From assembly GCA_017439305.1 (NCBI GenBank), contig JAFSJK010000063.1:14367-78366 (forward strand): 64,000 nt of DNA, in the 5' to 3' direction. Under the pieces are notes generated by a model that did no database searches, was not told where the DNA came from, and saw only the letters and a program-made list of their open reading frames with translations. The DNA is from Bacteroidales bacterium (GTDB taxonomy: Bacteria > Bacteroidota > Bacteroidia > Bacteroidales > UBA932). Shown here piece after piece: positions 29,142 to 37,845 of this stretch; within the stretch, counting starts at the first letter, position 1, and each line of letters begins with the position of its first letter. Position numbers and translations under genes: made by a program.

Positions 29142-31139
29142 TTAACGCTTAAACTCAACGATAAGGGCGGAACGGGGCTCGACGGCGAGGCCGTCACAAA
29201 GGGTGACCGGCTCGCCGGAAAGGACGTCGCGTCCCGTAACGGGACCGGAGACAAATTCGTCATAATGGGCCCAGTCGAGGGTACGCTCCTCATCCGTGTT
29301 GTTGATATACACGAAGACGGCATCCGTATCGTCATAGCGGAAATACGCATAGGTATTGTCGGTGTAGTTCACGGCTTCCACGTTCTTCCGGGAAAGGAAA
29401 TGGAGCGTCTTGCCGTGGTGGATGACCGGGCAGCCCTTGCGCCAGCGGAAAAGGGCGCGTGCGTAGTCGTGCAAGCCTGCCGCAGCAGTATAGTCCGCCT
29501 CGGAAGTATACCCCGCCGCAGCGCGGCCTTCTTCCGTAAACAGGTCGGCTTCATCCCCTTCCCAGCCACCCGGGAAGTCAATCCGCTTGGAGCCGTCATG
29601 ATGGAATCCCGGACGTTCGCAGAACATCATCTCATCGCCGTAGTACAGCTGCGGGATGCCCCGGAGGGTGGCCAGCAGCGTCAGCGCCAGCCGCATCCGG
29701 GCCGGATCGTGCCGGAGCACATCGCCCGTCCGCGCGTGGTCGTGGTTGGCAAAGAAGATCATCAGGTTGTCGAGATCCTTGTACGCGAAATCTTGTGCCA
29801 AAACACTGTACACCCGCGTCATACCCTCGTCCCACCACACCTGGTCCTCGGTCAGGGCACGGAGCATCGCCTGCTGGAGCGGGAAGTCCATGATGCAGGG
29901 GAGATGGCTGTCGAAACCGTTCTTGTTGGGGTTTCCGGCCTGCCAATAAGCCACTTGCGGGATGTTCATGTCCCAGCATTCACCCACGATGTTCATGTTC
30001 GGGTACTCACGGCGCACCGCCTTGCACCACTCGGCCATCGGCTCGGGCTCATTATAGGGGTACGTATCCACGCGGAGGCCGTCCAGGCCCGCATACTCGA
30101 TCCACCACACGGCCCACTGCTGGAAATATCTCAACACATAGGGGTTATCCAGGTTCATGTCCGGCATCGACGGCACAAACCAGCCGCTTTGCTGCCGCTC
30201 CCGGTCCTTCACGGAAGCGTGCGGGTCCATATACACGGAGAACAGGGCGTTCATCTGCATATACGGCTCGGTGACGTGGTACCAGTCAGGGAAAGGCGGA
30301 TTGTCCATCCACCAGTGGGCCGTGCCGCAATGGTTGGTGACGATGTCCATAATGACTTTCAGCCCCTTCCCATGGGCCTGGTCCACAAATTCCTTGTAGA
30401 GCGCGTTGTCGCCGAAGCGCGGGTCGATGTGGTAATAATCCCCGCAGGCGTAACCGTGATAGGACTCCTTCGGCTGGTTGTCCAGCAGGAGCGGCGTGTT
30501 CCAGATAGCCGTCGCACCCAGGTCGGCGATATAGTCCAGATGGTCGATAAGTCCTTGGATATCACCACCGTGCCGGGCTACCGGATCCTGCCGGTCCACG
30601 ACGTCCGGCGTCTCGGGCACGGTCCACGGAACGGCAGAGCCGTCCTCATAAGCCTCCCCGTCCCAGGCCCGGTCGTTACCGGAACGGGCCGAAGCAAACC
30701 GGTCGGGCATGATGAGATAAACCAGGTCGGCCGTCGTGAAACTCGCCCGCTCGGCACTCCCCTTCTCCCGCTCGCGGATCAGATAGGGATACTTGACTTC
30801 CTTCTCTCCGTCGTCCACCACCAGGTAGTACGTTCCGGGCTCGGCATTGGCCTGGATCTCGACGTCGACGAACAGATAATCCGGACTGGCGGCCTGATGG
30901 AGGGCCTTTGCAACAACCCCTTTCCCGCCTTCGATGCGGATTTCCTTGCCGCCGATGCCGGTTCCCTGCACCATCAGCTGCAACGGAGTCTTCATTCCGG
31001 TCCACCAGCTCAGCGGTTCCACGCGCGTCACCTCCTCCCGGGTTGCATCGGGAATCTTCGCCGGGTCGAAAGCCGCATGGCAGCCAGTCAGCCCGGCAGC
31101 CACGGCCGTCGCCATCATCATTTTCCTGATTTCATTCAT
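29142..31139 (-). CDS. GH13 cyclomaltodextrinase/neopullulanase (SusA-like)
   Basis: RVEPLSWW N-domain, YLIMPDRF, YHGY, DIVTNH, GLRVDTY, VGECW, NHD. Confidence 0.93.
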   Translation of the reverse strand: MNEIRKMMMATAVAAGLTGCHAAFDPAKIPDATREEVTRVEPLSWWTGMKTPLQLMVQGTGIGGKEIRIEGGKGVVAKALHQAASPDYLFVDVEIQANAEPGTYYLVVDDGEKEVKYPYLIREREKGSAERASFTTADLVYLIMPDRFASARSGNDRAWDGEAYEDGSAVPWTVPETPDVVDRQDPVARHGGDIQGLIDHLDYIADLGATAIWNTPLLLDNQPKESYHGYACGDYYHIDPRFGDNALYKEFVDQAHGKGLKVIMDIVTNHCGTAHWWMDNPPFPDWYHVTEPYMQMNALFSVYMDPHASVKDRERQQSGWFVPSMPDMNLDNPYVLRYFQQWAVWWIEYAGLDGLRVDTYPYNEPEPMAEWCKAVRREYPNMNIVGECWDMNIPQVAYWQAGNPNKNGFDSHLPCIMDFPLQQAMLRALTEDQVWWDEGMTRVYSVLAQDFAYKDLDNLMIFFANHDHARTGDVLRHDPARMRLALTLLATLRGIPQLYYGDEMMFCERPGFHHDGSKRIDFPGGWEGDEADLFTEEGRAAAGYTSEADYTAAAGLHDYARALFRWRKGCPVIHHGKTLHFLSRKNVEAVNYTDNTYAYFRYDDTDAVFVYINNTDEERTLDWAHYDEFVSGPVTGRDVLSGEPVTLCDGLAVEPRSALIVEFKR

Positions 31140-31152
31140 CCCTCCGAAAAGC

Positions 31153-32595
31153 CTATTTTGTCAATACGATATATTGTCCCGGAGCAAGGGTGGCCGTGAA
31201 GGTACCCTTGGGGACTTTCTCGCCGGTGAACCAGTTGGTGAAACCGCGGCCGACGGGCACGGAAACCTCCACAGGATCGGATTGCAGGTTCATGAACGCG
31301 GTGACGACCCTTTCGGTCACGGGGCGGTTGTCCACCGCTTCGGGCGTCTCATCCGGATGCTCGACAGGACCCGGATCGACAATCAGTTTGGGAGTCACGC
31401 CGAAATTCGCAGCCACGATGACTTCGTTGCCCTTGACCTTGCGGGAGAAGGCGATGACACCGTCGGGGGCATCGATGTACTCGATGGGACCGCCCTTCTC
31501 GCCGGCGGCGAGGGCGGGATTGCCGTGCTTGAGGTCCACAAGCTTCTTCCAGAAGGCCGTGTATTCATTGGCGCTCCAGTCCGTAATCGGGTCTTTTTCA
31601 AAGAATGCCAGACGGCGGGAGAGGCCGATTTCCTGACCGGTATAGATCAGCGGCTGGCTGCCCGGAAGGGTGAAGCACAGGACAGCGCAGGCGTCTGCGG
31701 CGGCGCCTTCCCGCTCGAACTCAGTGCCGGACCAGGAGTTCTCGTCATGGTTGGACGTGAAGGTCAGGCGGTAGGCTTCCTTCGGGAAACGGGCGGCGTC
31801 ACGGGCGATGTAATCCTTCAGGTCAGCGACCGTCTTGCCGCCCTGGGCGAGACTGTTCAGGAGATGATGAAGTTCCCAGGCATAGTTCGCATCGAAGGTC
31901 TCGGTGGCATCGGCCAGGTTGTCACGCTCCGCCTCGGCAAGGAGGTAAATGTCAGGATAGTCGGCGTTCATCTTGGGCAGGATGCCCTTCCAGAATTCGG
32001 CGGGGACTTCGCCGGCCGCGTCGCAGCGGAAGCCGTCAACCCCCTTTTCCAGCCAGAAGCGCATCGCGTCGTCCTGGGCATACCAGACTTCCTGGTTGTC
32101 ATAGTTGAGGCTGCGGGTATCGGTCCAGTCATACTCCCAGATGGCGTTGCCCAGGGAGTCCCGCTCGTAGAAATCGTCCGGTTTTTCGGTCATCCACACG
32201 TTGTCCGGGGCCGTCTGGTTGGCCACCCAGTCCAGGATGACCTTGAAACCGAGCTTGTGTGCCTCGGCCAGGAGATGTTCGAAATCCTCCATCGTCCCGA
32301 ATTCGGGATTGACTTTCTTGTAGTCGGAAATGGCATAGTAGGAGCCGAGGGTGCCCTTGCGGCCTTCGGTGCCGATCTCGTACATCGGCATGAGCCAGAG
32401 GATATCCACCCCGAGGTCCTTCAGGCGGGGCAGCTGGGCCTCCACGCCCTGGAACGTGCCTTCGGGCGAGAACTGGCGGATATTGACTTCATACATCACG
32501 GAGTTGTAGGTCCAATCCGGATGGACCGACGGGGCGGTCTGCCTGCAGGCTGCGAGGGACAGCAAGGCGACACTCAGAAACAGTAGTTTTTTCAT
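31153..32595 (-). CDS. GH13 alpha-amylase family lipoprotein
   Basis: YEVNIRQF, DWVANQT, GFRCD, LAEAE, NHDENSW. Confidence 0.92.
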   Translation of the reverse strand: MKKLLFLSVALLSLAACRQTAPSVHPDWTYNSVMYEVNIRQFSPEGTFQGVEAQLPRLKDLGVDILWLMPMYEIGTEGRKGTLGSYYAISDYKKVNPEFGTMEDFEHLLAEAHKLGFKVILDWVANQTAPDNVWMTEKPDDFYERDSLGNAIWEYDWTDTRSLNYDNQEVWYAQDDAMRFWLEKGVDGFRCDAAGEVPAEFWKGILPKMNADYPDIYLLAEAERDNLADATETFDANYAWELHHLLNSLAQGGKTVADLKDYIARDAARFPKEAYRLTFTSNHDENSWSGTEFEREGAAADACAVLCFTLPGSQPLIYTGQEIGLSRRLAFFEKDPITDWSANEYTAFWKKLVDLKHGNPALAAGEKGGPIEYIDAPDGVIAFSRKVKGNEVIVAANFGVTPKLIVDPGPVEHPDETPEAVDNRPVTERVVTAFMNLQSDPVEVSVPVGRGFTNWFTGEKVPKGTFTATLAPGQYIVLTK

Positions 32596-32627
32596 ACGCG
32601 CGTGTTATTAATCGGGTTAAAGATAAG

Positions 32628-32666
32628 AAAAAACCGGGAGCGCCGTATCCGGAACTCCCGATTTTT
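32628..32666 (-). terminator. Intrinsic terminator
   Basis: AAAAACCGGGAG/CTCCCGATTTTT stem with T-tract on the minus strand. Confidence 0.55.
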
Positions 32667-32698
32667 CCGACGAAAGGCCCGTTTGGGCGGACGGACCG

Positions 32699-33721
32699 TC
32701 AACGGAGCGAAGCCTTCGCCGTCTCCAGGGCATCGATGACCCGGTCGCACCAGGCATCGAAAGCCGGGTCCGGGCGCTGCAGTTCGGGATGGGCGAAGAT
32801 ATGGGCGATTGTCCGGCGTACGCCCTGCTCGAAGCGGACCGTGGCCTGGAAACCCGGGACGGCGCGCTTGAGTTTCGCGTTGTCAAAGAGGACCGTTGTC
32901 GCTTTGTCCCCGATGAGACCGCCGCGGAAGTCGTAAGGGCCGGCCGCATCCAGGAATTCCGAGGAGACATGGACCGCCTTCAGCGGAACCCCGAGGGCAT
33001 CGGCGATCGTCTGGTAGATCTGGTTCCAGGTCAGGGTTTCGTCGGAGGTGATGTGGAAAGTGTTACCCAGGGCATGCGGATTGCCCATCAGGCCGATGAA
33101 CCCCTTCGCAAAGTCGCTGTTGTGGGTGAGGGTCCACTGGGAAGTGCCGTCGCCGTGGATGATGACCGGCTTCCCATCCAGCATCCGCTGCAGAACCTGC
33201 CAGGAGCCGTTGTCACCATGGACCCCGAGGGGCACGGAGCGCTCGTCATAGGTGTGGGACGGGCGGATGATGGTCACGGGAAATCCCTCGCTGCGATGCT
33301 TTTCCATCAGGAAGTTCTCGCAAGCGATCTTGTCGCGGGAATACTGCCAATAAGGATTCACCAACGGCGTTCCTTCCGTGATGAAAGGACTCGCCGCCGG
33401 CTTCTGGTAGGCCGATGCGCTGCTGATGTACATGTACTGCTTCGTGCGCCCTTTGAACAGGCGCCAGTCCCGCTCCACCTGCGCCGGGACGAAGCCGATG
33501 AAATCGCACACACAGTCCCACTGTGTGTCAGCCAGCAACTTTTCCACGGCGGCATCGTCGTTGATGTCGGCCTGGAGGATCCGCACGTTCGCGGGAACTC
33601 CGTCATTCCGGTTTCCCCGGTTCAGGAGCGTCAGTTCCCACTCCCCTTCCGCCGCAAGTTGCGCGGTGATGGCGGAACTGATCGTTCCCGTTCCACCGAT
33701 GAACAAAGCTTTCCGTCTCAT
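32699..33721 (-). CDS. NAD-dependent epimerase/dehydratase (extended SDR)
   Basis: LFIGGTGTISS, YISSASAY, YSRDK. Confidence 0.88.
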   Translation of the reverse strand: MRRKALFIGGTGTISSAITAQLAAEGEWELTLLNRGNRNDGVPANVRILQADINDDAAVEKLLADTQWDCVCDFIGFVPAQVERDWRLFKGRTKQYMYISSASAYQKPAASPFITEGTPLVNPYWQYSRDKIACENFLMEKHRSEGFPVTIIRPSHTYDERSVPLGVHGDNGSWQVLQRMLDGKPVIIHGDGTSQWTLTHNSDFAKGFIGLMGNPHALGNTFHITSDETLTWNQIYQTIADALGVPLKAVHVSSEFLDAAGPYDFRGGLIGDKATTVLFDNAKLKRAVPGFQATVRFEQGVRRTIAHIFAHPELQRPDPAFDAWCDRVIDALETAKASLR

Positions 33722-34749
33722 TTCCATTCCTGATCATCCATCGGATATCGGACGCCCCATCCCTTGCGGAATCCGTCCATCAGTCCCATGATATAAAGCG
33801 TCTCTTCCATAGGCATCTGCGGAGGCTCGATAAGCCCTGCAGCGATCGCATCCCGACAGGCCATGAACTGGTACTCGTAACCCGTAATCTGCTGCGGTAC
33901 CCGGATTTCCTCCACGAAAACCCGGTCGGGCCCGTTCACCGTGATGCGCTGGGGATTGTTCACGTTGTCGATGACGATGTTCCCTTCCGAACCCGCAATG
34001 ACGCCGGTATTGTCTCCGACACAAGCCGCCGACGTCTGCATATTGGCCAGGATACCGTTCCCCAGGACAAGGGAAATGGCATTGGTGAGGTCCATCCCCG
34101 TGTCGGTCTTCACGCACTGCGAATCCATCGACAGGATGGGCTCGTCGCAGAACATCCGCACGAAGTTCAGGGTATAGACGCCCAGGTCCAGCAGAGAGCC
34201 GCCACACAGGTCGGGACGCATGATCCGCTCCTTGCCCTCCATGCTGTACCCAAGGGTGGCGGTGATGAGCCGCGGCTTACCTATACGACCTTCTTTCAAG
34301 AGATTACGGACGATTTGGACAGCCGGCTGATACCGCGTCCAAATCGCCTCGGCGAGAAAGACTTTCTTCTCCCGGGACAGGTCCACGATGACCTTCGACT
34401 GGGCATAATTCGCCATAAAAGCCTTCTCCACGAGGCAAGGCTTTCCCTTTTCAAGCGCCTCCTTCGTGATGTCGAAGTGATGCGAATGCGGCGTGGCCAC
34501 ATAGATGAGATCCACATCCGGATCGTCCACCACCTCGGAATACGAGCCATAGGCGCGCTCGATACCCCATTTGGCCGCGAAGGCCTGCGCCTTCCCCAGC
34601 GACCGGGAACCGATTGCAAAACAACGAAGCCCCGGCTTGCCATCCGGCGCAACCCGATGGGCCTCCCACAGCCCGTTCAGTGTTTCCGCCGCCTTCTCGG
34701 CGATCCATCCGGCGCCGACAATGCCAACATTGAAAGATTGTCCGTCCAT
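33718..34749 (-). CDS. Gfo/Idh/MocA family oxidoreductase
   Basis: GIVGAGWIA, YVATPHSHH, LVEKAF, GGSLLDLGVY. Confidence 0.9.
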   Translation of the reverse strand: MDGQSFNVGIVGAGWIAEKAAETLNGLWEAHRVAPDGKPGLRCFAIGSRSLGKAQAFAAKWGIERAYGSYSEVVDDPDVDLIYVATPHSHHFDITKEALEKGKPCLVEKAFMANYAQSKVIVDLSREKKVFLAEAIWTRYQPAVQIVRNLLKEGRIGKPRLITATLGYSMEGKERIMRPDLCGGSLLDLGVYTLNFVRMFCDEPILSMDSQCVKTDTGMDLTNAISLVLGNGILANMQTSAACVGDNTGVIAGSEGNIVIDNVNNPQRITVNGPDRVFVEEIRVPQQITGYEYQFMACRDAIAAGLIEPPQMPMEETLYIMGLMDGFRKGWGVRYPMDDQEWK

Positions 34750-34751
34750 GC

Positions 34752-34934
34752 TTATTTGTTTTTACGTTTTTCCAGAAAGCGGTCCACCCCAGCCATCACC
34801 ACCCCATACAAGAGGCCTGCGACGACGAAATAGGCCCAGCCCATTCCCCAGTGCCAGATCCAGTTCCCCACCAGCATGAATAGCGCGAACACGACACCGT
34901 GCACCAGGGCCGAAATGACATATTCTCTGTTCAT
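34752..34934 (-). CDS. Small two-TM membrane protein
   Basis: 60 aa, two hydrophobic helices, basic tail, tightly spaced in operon. Confidence 0.7.
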   Translation of the reverse strand: MNREYVISALVHGVVFALFMLVGNWIWHWGMGWAYFVVAGLLYGVVMAGVDRFLEKRKNK

Positions 34935-35026
34935 AAGGAATTCTTTTTCAAGTGGTCAGTATCACAAAGATACGCTTTCCCCTCCGTATTTGCAACCCCG
35001 CCCATCTGCCTCCCGGGCCGGACGTT

Positions 35027-35065
35027 TGGCGCAAGTGGTAGCAAATGCCGGCGGCACCTGCATCA
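35027..35065. repeat. Degenerate REP-like doublet
   Basis: TGGCGCAAGTG ... CACCTGCATCA; upstream flank resembles that of the 35642 array. Confidence 0.45.
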
Positions 35066-35081
35066 AAGGACGAAAGACCAT

Positions 35082-35116
35082 AAAAAAGGAGGCTGGCTCA
35101 ATTTGAGTCAGCCTCC
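35082..35116 (-). terminator. Intrinsic terminator
   Basis: GGAGGCTGGCTCAA/TTGAGTCAGCCTCC stem, T6 on the minus strand. Confidence 0.7.
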
Positions 35117-35179
35117 TGTTCCCGAGTCTCCATTTATCGGTTCCGGTCATGGAGACCCGTCAACGGACTGTCTTCCGAA

Positions 35180-35524
35180 TCATTCCTCCCCGGACAAGCC
35201 CTCCAGGATTCCGTCAACCGCACTCCCGACACGTTCCAAGGCCTTTTTGGTGATGGCCTTCGTGAAACGTGCACTGAGCTGCGCCACCTCCTTGAGCTGC
35301 TCGTTGGTGAAGTCACAATCCTTCGCCGTTTCGGTAATCGCATCGAACTTGGCTTTGAGAGCATCGATATCCTTGACATCAAAGCTATCCTTTTCCACGG
35401 TCTTGCAGAGCGATTCCATCTGGGAGATAACCTTTTCCTCCTTCGACTGGCAGGAAGTCAGCAAAGAGAAAGCAAAAAGCAGGGCGACGACTGTCGCGAC
35501 CTTGGTAAAAACGTTGATTCTCAT
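35180..35524 (-). CDS. Small helical lipoprotein, unknown function
   Basis: MRINVFTKVATVVALLFAFSLLTSC lipobox; -7 box at 35549-35556. Confidence 0.75.
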   Translation of the reverse strand: MRINVFTKVATVVALLFAFSLLTSCQSKEEKVISQMESLCKTVEKDSFDVKDIDALKAKFDAITETAKDCDFTNEQLKEVAQLSARFTKAITKKALERVGSAVDGILEGLSGEE

Positions 35525-35641
35525 AAGACTGAAGATTGATTTGTGTGACAAAGATAAGCATTTCAACGGCTTTCGCAAAGCCCGTCACTCCCCGGCCTTC
35601 GCAACCCAGCCCAAGGCTATCAGCATCCCGGGTCTGGCGTT

Positions 35642-35850
35642 TGGCGCAGGTGGGGATGCTCGCTGGCGCAGGTGGGGATGCTTGCTGGCGCAGGTGGGGA
35701 AAAGAGGGTAGGACCTGCGCCACTGGAGAGCGCACAGACACGATTTGTGGCGCAGGTCCCTTACCCAAAAACCCACCTGCGCCACGACCAGGTCTCACCT
35801 GCACCAAAAATTGGCCTCACCTGCGCCAAAACCAAGTTCCACCTGCGCCA
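35642..35850. repeat. REP/REPIN-like palindromic array, copy 1
   Basis: Core TGGCGCAGGT(G/C) forward at 35642, 35664, 35686, 35748; reverse at 35712, 35774, 35796, 35818, 35840. Confidence 0.85.
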
Positions 35851-35879
35851 AAACCAGGTTCTTTCGCTCCATTATTGAC

Positions 35880-36827
35880 TTACCCCTCCCCTTTTCCGAT
35901 ACTGGGGCAGGCTTTTCCAAGCAGCCGGGCGACGGTATCCTGTCCCAGACCGAAGCAACGGGCAAGCTGGGACATGGAGGTTCGGTAAGAGCGGTAGACA
36001 TATGGGAGCAGCCGGGCTTTCTTCTCCCGGGGAAGTTCCAAAAGAGAGCAGTGGAACCAGCCTTTCGCGATGCTGTCGATAGTTTTGAGCATTTCGGTAT
36101 CGTTTTGCCTCTGCCGGGGATTGTCGACCAGCTTCTGATGCATCTCGGCCATGTTGACCGTGCCAAGGGTCTTGAGGAAGAACGCCTGATCGTTTCCGAA
36201 GGCGGATTCCAGGTAGGCGTGGTCACAGGCCGATGCGGGTTCCAGCCCGCCATCGGCATTGACGACCCAGGGAAGACCGTCCAGGGAATCATGGGTATGG
36301 AAGCAGGCCTCCTTTTCCCTCCGCGTCATGGTATCTGCCCTGCGGAAGCCATCGGAGACCTTTCCCTGGCAGAACATGCCGCGGTAGCCGGACCATCGGT
36401 AATCTTCCACCCTGGACAGGGCGTCCAGCGCATTTTTGGGGACATAGGCCAAGGTGTTCCGGAGATACCAGTCGGAATCCAGGTAGAGGGCGACGGCCGA
36501 TGTATGCTTCAGTACCTTCCGCTGCCGATATTTTCTGCTGTAATACTGGGAATACATCCGCAGCCATTCCACCTTGAAGGCATCGGCGTCGTCTTGACCG
36601 GAGGCGAGGATGGTGGCATGGCCGTGGTTGGACATGGCGATGTGGATGACGACGATTACATTCTTCCGCCGGGCGCAAATGAAAATGTACTTGACCATTA
36701 CGTCATAATCCTCGTCATCCCGGCAGAGTACCAGTTGCGTCATCCCTTCCAGACTGACATGGTACGGGTAGACTTTCCGGACACTGCCGTCCGGCAGCGT
36801 CCGGGTACAGATCCTCTCGAAAGCCAT
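35880..36827 (-). mobile_element. REP-associated tyrosine transposase (RAYT, Y1 HUH) with C-terminal HTH-like tail
   Basis: YHVSLEG, MSNHGH (HUH), LAYVPKNA (catalytic Tyr), DYRWSGY; flanked by repeat arrays. Confidence 0.8.
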
Positions 36828-36829
36828 AT

Positions 36830-37285
36830 TCAGTTGGCTTTCTTACCGCGTGACGGCTGAATCGGAAAAACCGTCAGTTCCCGACCGTCGACCAGAGGTC
36901 CGCCGACCAAGGGCCGGGACACGGTCCTGTCATCGAATCCATACGACCTTTTGATGGCCGCCGCAAACGCTTCAAGTTTGGGGATGGCATCGAACATCAT
37001 CAGACTCCAAAACTCTTCCGCCCGTTCATATGGCTGGGCACATCCCAGAATCTCCGCCATCGATACCAGCCGGACGGCCTGGCAGATTGCCTGGTCTCTG
37101 GTCCGCCACAGATATTCTGTCATGTCGTGAACCAACTGCTTGAGCCTCCTGTCGCACTCGGCAGCGTGGCCCAACTGTGCCCGGCAATTCTCCGCAGCGA
37201 ACTCTTCCTCTGTAACAAACGCCTCTTCCGTTGAGAAATGGAACTTCCCATCATCGTCCACCAGCACTTCCAAAAACTTTTTCAT
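36830..37285 (-). CDS. Hypothetical protein directly upstream of RAYT
   Basis: Start MKKFLEVLV; stop 2 bp before the RAYT ATG. Confidence 0.65.
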   Translation of the reverse strand: MKKFLEVLVDDDGKFHFSTEEAFVTEEEFAAENCRAQLGHAAECDRRLKQLVHDMTEYLWRTRDQAICQAVRLVSMAEILGCAQPYERAEEFWSLMMFDAIPKLEAFAAAIKRSYGFDDRTVSRPLVGGPLVDGRELTVFPIQPSRGKKAN

Positions 37286-37569
37286 GGCAAGATTTATTAT
37301 TTTACCGGGCCGCCACCGTTGGCGGTCCAAGTGCAAGGATAGGGATTATCCATATTTAGCCGTTCGGAAAACGAAATGGACTTCTTGCAATCTAACGGGT
37401 TGGCCAGCAGAATTTTATGACGACGTTGGATGTTGTCTCTTTTTTCGAAAAACAGCATATCTTTTTGATTGTCAGCAAATTGCGAATGCCGGACAGGAGC
37501 AAGAATGTACAGCAGCAGCCATTGCCCTGCCAGATGGTGTCTTCCGTACGGGCTCGAGGCGGGGGAATG

Positions 37570-37778
37570 CGGCGCAAGTGGGGATGTTTGCTGGAGCAGG
37601 TGGGAGCAAATATTGGCGCAGGTGGAGAAAAGAGGGTAGGACCTGCGCCATTGGAGAGCGCACAGACACGATTTGTGGCGCAGGTCCCCTACCCAAAAAC
37701 CCACCTGCGCCACGATCAGGCCTCACCTGCACCAAAACCAGGCCTCACCTGCACCAAAACCAGGTCTCACCTGCGCCA
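37570..37778. repeat. REP/REPIN-like palindromic array, copy 2
   Basis: Forward cores 37570, 37592, 37614, 37676; reverse 37640, 37702, 37724, 37746, 37768; central ~90 bp nearly identical to copy 1. Confidence 0.85.
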
Positions 37779-37845
37779 AAACTTTGGCCTCCCCTGTTCT
37801 CCGAGCCGGTCGGCACCTATGATTAGGCTTCACCTGCACCCAGGG

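Noticed and set aside
35642-37778. Repeat arrays as a CRISPR locus
   Set aside because: Cores are 11 bp with 11-bp linkers in mixed orientation; no unique 30-40 bp spacers and no cas genes
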